Shown here: in pieces, positions 57,721 through 64,000 of the stretch
Layout of the letters: each line of letters opens with the position of its first letter
How positions within the stretch are numbered: the stretch's first letter is position 1
From: Lama guanicoe
Lineage: Eukaryota
NCBI GenBank assembly: GCA_013239625.1
Contig: MU054204.1
Location: 991,537 to 1,055,536 of the forward strand
DNA length: 64,000 bases
Direction: 5' to 3'
Made by a program: the position numbers and the translations under genes
Notes under the pieces: model-generated
Told to the model about the DNA's origin: nothing
Seen by the model: only the letters and a program-made list of their open reading frames with translations
The model's database searches: none

Positions 57721-58749
57721 CCCTTTGTGGCCTGCAGTGAAACATTAAAATTGGTCCCCTGCTGTCATGAGGCACCTAATTTAGCTGACATTTCCCATCC
57801 GATATCTCTCTCCTGCCCCCAGAAGACAGCTGTGTAAACTGAGCATAGTGTCCAGGTGGTATTAGATTTTCTTGTATCCTGTAGCAATCCAGTACCTGGT
57901 GATGGACTGGGAGAGATAAAAGCCTGAAAGCATGACCAGAATCCGTGCTAGGTTGACCCTAAAGGCCTACTAAGCAAGTGTTAAGGTCACTAGCAGGAAA
58001 TGGGGTCCCCAGCAATAAGAAAGAGATTGTCTAAACATTTAACATGTGAATTTGGTACTCAGAGAAACAGCAAAATCAACATGGGGAAATTTTTGAAACT
58101 TTACCATTGATTTTTATCATGAAATATACATGGCACATTGAAATGGAGGTACTCCATAATCTTCCTGAGACTTAGAGCCTCTGAGGATCTTAATGTGACC
58201 CTGGTAGAATGTCTCCATGTCTGTTCCTCAGGCCTGGGGGCACCCTGACCGAAAAAGGAAATCAAGTGAGAGCTGCTTTCTCATGATAGGGACTCATGTG
58301 CATCTCAGAACACGAGACGTCTGCAGGGTTGTGACCATAAGCTTCTCTGAAAATATTTTAAATTTAATAACTGCTCTTTATGATTTTAGAGAAACAGATA
58401 TAGTCATAGTCAAAATTCAAAAATCATGGACGGGCATAAAGGAAAATGCAGTCCTCCTGTCTGCTTTCTAATCTTAATCCATTCCTCCAATCAGAAATTT
58501 ACATCACCTTCCCACATTACTATGGAAAGGTGTCCCTATTCCTATCCAAGGCCATCCCCTCCAATTGTGCTTGGATCCCACCCCTATGGCCTTATCAAAC
58601 TCTTTAATCCACTGGACCATTCTCATCAGTACACAAACATGCCTTAATATCACTATCAAAAAATAATCCTCCCCTTGACCTCATGCCGGCCTCTTAGCTA
58701 AACTTCCATTTCCTTCCTGTTTACCATTAAAACTCCTCAAAATACATTT

Positions 58750-59680
58750 TGACAACCTATGGAATGGGAGAAAATATTTTCAAATGGTATTACTGAAAAG
58801 GGGTTAATATCCAAAATATATAAACTGCTCCTACATCTCATCAAAAAATACAAACAACCTGACTAAAGAATGGACAGACCTGAATAGACAATTCTCCATA
58901 AAAGACATTCAGATGGCTAGTAGGCACATGAAAAAAATGCTCAACATCTCTAATCATCAGGGAAATGCAAATCAAAACAAGTATCACCTCACACATGTCA
59001 GAATGGCTGTCATCAAAAAGACCATTTTCAAAAAACAAATGCTGGTGAGGATGTGAAGAAAAGGGAACACTTGTGCACTGTTGGTGGGAATGTAACTTGG
59101 TGCAGCCACTATGGAAAACAGTATGGAGATTCCTTTAAAAACTAGAGTTACTATATGATCCAGCAATCCCACTCCTGGGCATATATCCGGAAAAAACTCT
59201 AACTCCAGAAGATACATGCACTCCAATGTTCACAGCAGCATTATTTACAATTGCCAAGATATGGGAGCAACCTAAGTGTCCATCAACATGAATGAATAAA
59301 GAAATGGGGGGTGTGTGTGTATACAAATACATACATATACACACACACACATACAATGGAATACTACTCAGCCATAAAAAGGGAAATTTTGCCATTTGCA
59401 GCAACATGGACAGACTTGGAAGGTATTATGCTAAGTGAAATAAGTTAGAGAAAGATAAATACTGTATGATCTCACTTATAAGTGAAATCTAAAAAATACA
59501 ACAAACTAGTGAATTTAACAAAAAAAATTCACAGATACAGAGAACAAATTACTGGTTACCAGTGGGGAGAGGGAAGGGGGAGGGGCGATATAGGGGTAGG
59601 GGATTAAGAGGAACAAACTAATAGGTATAAAATAAGCTACATGGATATATTGTATGACACAGGGAATATAGGAACAGACT
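58750..59680 (+). mobile_element. L1 3' fragment abutting the PAGE4 3' end, antisense to the gene
   Basis: gaatgggagaaaatattt...atatgatccagcaatcccactcctgggcatatatcc...; L1 3' UTR. Confidence 0.88.
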
Positions 59681-59719
59681 GAACCAAAGATGTGCATGAC
59701 GCCCCAAGAAAACTAAATC

Positions 59720-59725
59720 TTTATT
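59720..59725 (-). terminator. PAGE4 polyadenylation signal AATAAA
   Basis: tttatt on the + strand, 75 nt after the stop codon; short 3'UTR typical of the family. Confidence 0.75.
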
Positions 59726-59799
59726 GAGAGAATCTAACAAGCTAAATTATCAAGATAATGACAGCATGCATGGCTTCAGCTTCTCTTCTTTTTAACTTA

Positions 59800-59813
59800 T
59801 TATTGTCCATCAC
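59800..59813 (-). CDS. PAGE4: PAGE4 last coding exon (G)DGQ*; total protein 102 or 107 aa depending on the exon 4 acceptor
   Basis: gttttag|GT GAT GGA CAA TAA TAA; human ends GDGQP*. Confidence 0.85.
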
Positions 59814-60982
59814 CTAAAACATAAACATAACAGTTGTACATCACTTAGCAGAAATTCACTTAAATGACAATAAAGGTACACAAAGAACAATACAGTTTTG
59901 GTTTTATAAGATGAAACTAAAACCAGAATTCTAACTACTGCACGGGCTTCTATGCTAATGTACATTTTCAGGCACGTGAGCACTAATTTTTCAGGGCATC
60001 ATTCTTTTTGGTGGTATGAAGAAACATAGATTTATCAAACCTAGAACAGATTAAAACCTATGAGTCTATTTAAAGAAAATTTAAGTAGAGAGCAAAAACT
60101 GTCAGTAATTTTAGTTAAAATAAAATCAATCAAAAACTCCAAGAAGCAAAAAAAAAAAACAAGCAAGCAATCTCAGTGTTAACTCAAATGCATTAATTTT
60201 GAATATTTTTCTAATTATACATATTAGCTAAAATAATACCATACTTGGAACTGTTTAAAGAGAGGGCAAAGAACAGCATCCCATTTGGTTTTGCTCTTTT
60301 GTACAAAAATACTGCATTGATCTAGTGCAACCTTTATATGGCCTATTTATAGCAGGGTGGCCATTTGTTCCATTCGCACTAGTTGTCCTGGTGTAAGTAG
60401 TCAGGGCACCCCCTTGAACTCTCCAGATTATCCCAGTTTGGATGATAAAAATTACATGGTCACACCAGTTTTAAGCCACTACCATCAGAGATGACATTAA
60501 AATGTGAGAGAAAATACTACCATTTCTCAGCCTGGCTCACAATTTAAAAAAAAAAAAAACCAACCAACCAACCCAGAAAAGCCAAAACATACAGATCCGT
60601 ATTATTTTTTGGAATCTAAAAGATGAAATGATTTTTGAGAACAAGTTCTGGCAAATTAAAAAAAAATCAACACTACTGTATTGTTTAGATAGCCAATTAG
60701 CACTGGGGTTTGTTAAATAATTTATGTACTTTAAAAAGTATCTGATCACTTTCCTTAGGTTTTAAAGGACTTCTACTCCAAAGTACTAATACTTTCATGT
60801 TTTATAATTCAACAACATGGACTTGACTTAATCCACTTTTCCCTGATACTGTCTTTGAATCAAGCATTTGGTGTCTGAACTACTTTTTCAAATAATCTTT
60901 GTATGTGGGATTTGTTATGAAAGTATAATAATGTTGTAGAAAAGAACAACTACATGACTTGCATTCTTAAAAGATAACATAC

Positions 60983-61108
60983 CTGCTTCCGGAATTTTAG
61001 CAGGCTCTGGATTAGGTGGAATCTTCCCTTTCACATCAGGGCCATCTCCACGCTCATCCCCAGTCTTTTCCAGACCCACTTCCTGGCTTGAACCTTCCAA
61101 TCCAGGTT
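60983..61108 (-). CDS. PAGE4: PAGE4 exon 4: (E)PGLEGSSQEVGLEKTGDERGDGPDVKGKIPPNPEPAKIPEA; start at 61108 (TG acceptor) or 61093 (AG acceptor)
   Basis: Similar to human EGDCQEMDLEKTRSERGDGSDVKEKTPPNPKHAKTKEA; donor |gtatgt; acceptor ambiguous (see findings). Confidence 0.88.
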
Positions 61109-61399
61109 CATAAATAGAGAGTTATTAATAAAAGCAGTAAACCATAAATCAATGTTATTAATAAAGCTCTGTAGGTTAACATTGTAATAAATGTGATGCA
61201 TAAAAATGCAATGAGAACTAAAGAGCTTTTGATAGAAATGGAGAAGTTGTGTTTCTCGTATATTACCCCTCTACAAAATGTGGGGTTTTCTTTCTAAAAC
61301 TGTTTAAAACAAACTTAGTTGTCACCTTTGTGACCTATATACACTTCTGCTATACCACTTACCTCATTAGATCAGCTATTTGTTTACCCTCTGACAAGA

Positions 61400-61940
61400 T
61401 TGTGAACTCAAGACAGAAAATCGTAAGATGAGACAAACCCACACTGAGGAACATTTTACAAAACAACTGGCTTGGACTCCAAAAGATGTCAATCATGAAA
61501 GACAAGCCTGAGGAACACTTCCAGATTAAAGGAGTCCAAAGAGAGATGACAACTAAATGCAATGGGTGGTCTTGGATTGGATCCTGGATCAGGAAAAAAT
61601 AACGCTATAAAAATATTACTAGGCCAATTGACTACATATTAGATAATCAAATTGTACCAATGTTAAATATCCTGAATCTGATCACTGTACTAGGTTATGT
61701 AAGAGAATATCCTTGTTTTTAGGAGATGCTGAATTACTTAGGAAAGAGTTGCATTTGAAATTTACTCTCAAGTGCTTTAGCAATAATAATATGTGTATTA
61801 ACACTTCGAGAGGGCAACTATATGACAAACTATTAGCAACTGGTGAATCAAGGTAAAGAGGATACAGAAGTACATTGTGCTTTCTTATAACTTTTCTGTA
61901 TGTTTTAAAATTTTCTAAGTAAAAAAGTTTAAAAAAAGAA
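61400..61940 (+). mobile_element. Old L1M 3' UTR fragment in the PAGE4 intron between exons 3 and 4
   Basis: ttccagattaaaggag...gagatgacaactaaatgcaatg...tggattggatcctgga...aacttttctgta. Confidence 0.75.
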
Positions 61941-62443
61941 TATGTGATAAACTGATTTTGGTTCAGGAAGACAAAAATATTAATTTTAACAGCAGCCAGG
62001 AAAAGATTTCACATTTTTTATTTCTCTGTTATGAAAAAAAAAATTTTAATTACAACCTAAGATCTAACCAAAATATATCTAGGCTTCCTTAAACTTTTGA
62101 TGCAATGACTCAAGAAGCCCTGAAAACAATATTCCAAGAAGACCAAGTTTAACTAGGAAAATAGTGTATAATTTTGCCTAAATTTAATGTTGCTTCCTTT
62201 GATTTGCTATTTTAGAGCCTTCACAAGGACTGTATTTTCCAAGCACTCCAAACAGTTTAAAACATGGATGGGTAAAATGCTGAAAGAGGGAAAACTTATC
62301 ACAGAGAGGGAATGCAGTTAGCTGCAAACTACACCTTTCCATTACCACATAGGTTTTCAGCCAATTTTCAGGGAACCCTTTATACCTGTTACTAGTATAA
62401 CATCACAAATGAAATATAGATTATCCCTCCATCCGCTTTTCAC

Positions 62444-62549
62444 CTTGAACCACAGATGTTCCTTCTTCTTTCTCTTGTCCAGATTCGAAGTCCAGATTCT
62501 CAGTTGGTGGTTCCTCTTGTTCAGCTTTTTTGCCACCTGGTTTCGGGGT
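62444..62549 (-). CDS. PAGE4: PAGE4 exon 3 (106 nt): TPKPGGKKAEQEEPPTENLDFESGQEKEEGTSVVQ+G
   Basis: cccccaag| acceptor and |gtgaaa donor; QEEPPT.N.D.E.GQE.E motif of the GAGE domain; phases 0/1 are consistent. Confidence 0.9.
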
Positions 62550-62884
62550 CTTGGGGGAGGGTAGGTGCAAATAAAAAGCACTGTTATTAATACTATGACA
62601 AGAGAAGGTACAAATACACATACTAAATGGAAGTAACTAATCACCAATCTGAAGAGGCTTTTCCTATACTCTTCTCTGTAAACGCTCTTAATAAAGTTAT
62701 TCTTCCTATATAAAAAATACTCTAAGAAAGGAGTTATCTGCAAGGACCAATAATTCTGGAAACCATTTTAATCTTTTCTGGGCTGTGTGTTATCTGCTTA
62801 TTAATAAGCACAATAGGGAAGTCATAAGGACGATTTCCAGGCTCCTGACAATATATATATATTGTCAATATATATATATATATA

Positions 62885-63093
62885 TATTGCTAAAGCACTT
62901 GAGAGTAAATTTCAAATGCAACTCTTTCCTAAGTAATTCAGCATCTCCTAAAAACAAGGATATTCTCTTACATAACCTAGTACAGTGATCAGATTCAGGA
63001 TATTTAACATTGATACAATTTGATTATCTAATACGTAGTCAATTGGCCTAGTAATATTTTATAGCGTTATTTTTTCCTGATCCAGGATCCAAT
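62885..63093 (-). repeat. Near-identical inverted copy of 61576-61785, embedded in (TA)n
   Basis: Reverse-complement match with three differences seen (two substitutions, one 1-nt indel). Confidence 0.95.
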
Positions 63094-63285
63094 ATATATA
63101 TATATATATCTCCAGGCAATTCCAGAAACTAAGTCTCCTCACTCAATGTCTCAGTCATGAGATTCATTTCTCACCCATTCTCAGCAAGGAAGTCCTTTAT
63201 ACAACATATATATATTGGTTCAACCACTTTTTTGATTTTCTTTTATTAATTTCTGCCAATGAAAGTAGGATGTTAAAGCACTCAC

Positions 63286-63363
63286 AACCACAGGTTCAAC
63301 CAGATTGGAAGACTCTTGACCATCTCCCCTTCCTCTAGATCTTGATCTCACTCGTGCACTCAT
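63286..63363 (-). CDS. PAGE4: PAGE4-like (GAGE/PAGE/XAGE cancer-testis family) first coding exon (exon 2; exon starts at 63371)
   Basis: tttcag|tgtgaaacATG then MSARVRSRSRGRGDGQESSNLVEPVV|gtgagt. The first 17 aa match the human PAGE4 N-terminus as I recall it. Syntenic with USP27X. Confidence 0.92.
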
Positions 63364-63639
63364 GTTTCACACTGAAAGTAGAAAATGGTGAACTGGAGAA
63401 TGTAATTAAAACAAACAAACAAACAAAAAGACTATACTGGACCATTTCCATGGCCAACTGCTGATTGGAAATTCTTTTTTACATCTGGAGAGATTTCCAA
63501 AATAATCTTGAATTAATAATAACTGCCTACTTTCCAATCGCATCAAATAAGGCTATCTGAAAACCCCTTTGTTTCACAGCCAACCTGGCAGAGCACTTGA
63601 TTAAAAAAAAAAAGTAAGACTTTCCTAGAGATTCAGTCT

Positions 63640-64000
63640 CACTTCCGGACTCTCCAATATGGAGAGATTTTTGTAAAATATAACCAGGTCCACCTCCCCA
63701 CTGCCGACTCCGGATCCCCTCTTCTGTCGGCAGTTCCAGGGCCTCCAGATAGCACCAACAGCGCCCCCAAGACTCACCTCATCTTCACCTGACCCCCTGC
63801 CCCCTGCCTCCCACCATCCCGTCTTTCCCACTGCCACCTTGAGAGCCAAGGTGGCCAAGACGCCTATGAGGAGGACGATGACCTCGAGGACCCTCCTCTT
63901 CAGAGGACACAGATCGCACTGCCCGACCCGCCCAAAGCCCGCTGGCCACCACCTCACACGAATGTACATTTATACTCCCAGAAGGACGGATCTGTGGACC
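63640..64000 (-). promoter_or_regulatory. GC-rich PAGE/XAGE-type 5' region (probably the start of intron 1; exon 1 just outside the window)
   Basis: Minus strand ggtccacagatcc...cctcgaggtcatcgtcctcctcat...gctgttggtgctatc...ctggaactgccgacagaaga resembles XAGE/PAGE 5' sequence from memory. Confidence 0.5.

Noticed and set aside
63771..63780. Strong donor-like GAGgtgagtc as the end of PAGE4 exon 1
   Set aside because: Possible alternative 5' exon, but family resemblance suggests the main exon 1 donor is just past the window edge. It cannot be resolved without transcripts.

Overview
Mammalian genomic DNA, most likely a camelid X chromosome. The species call is inferred from abundant tRNA-derived Vic-1-like SINEs, and the chromosome from USP27X-PAGE4 synteny with human Xp11.23. 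There are two protein-coding genes, both on the minus strand. USP27X is intronless, with an ATG form at 6246-7562 (438 aa) and a likely CTG-initiated long form from 8171 (641 aa). A PAGE4 orthologue has four coding exons at 59800-63363; its non-coding exon 1 probably lies just beyond the window. The ~48 kb between the genes is mostly repeats: L1s, SINEs, solo LTRs, an ERVL relic, a very decayed Gypsy/ERV-like pro-RNaseH-integrase relic and hAT elements. Five observations stand out. (1) An old direct duplication (~3.25-10.2 kb vs ~52.7-57.7 kb) whose second copy lacks the USP27X segment and resembles an empty pre-insertion site. (2) A 1043-bp CpG-island core of that duplication that is almost identical between copies, suggesting gene conversion. 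(3) A young ~210-bp inverted copy that brackets PAGE4 exon 3. (4) TG instead of AG at the expected PAGE4 exon 4 acceptor, with an in-frame AG 15 nt downstream. (5) A second long inverted repeat at 46.9-48.1 kb. All alignments and repeat family names are by eye or from memory; no searches were run.
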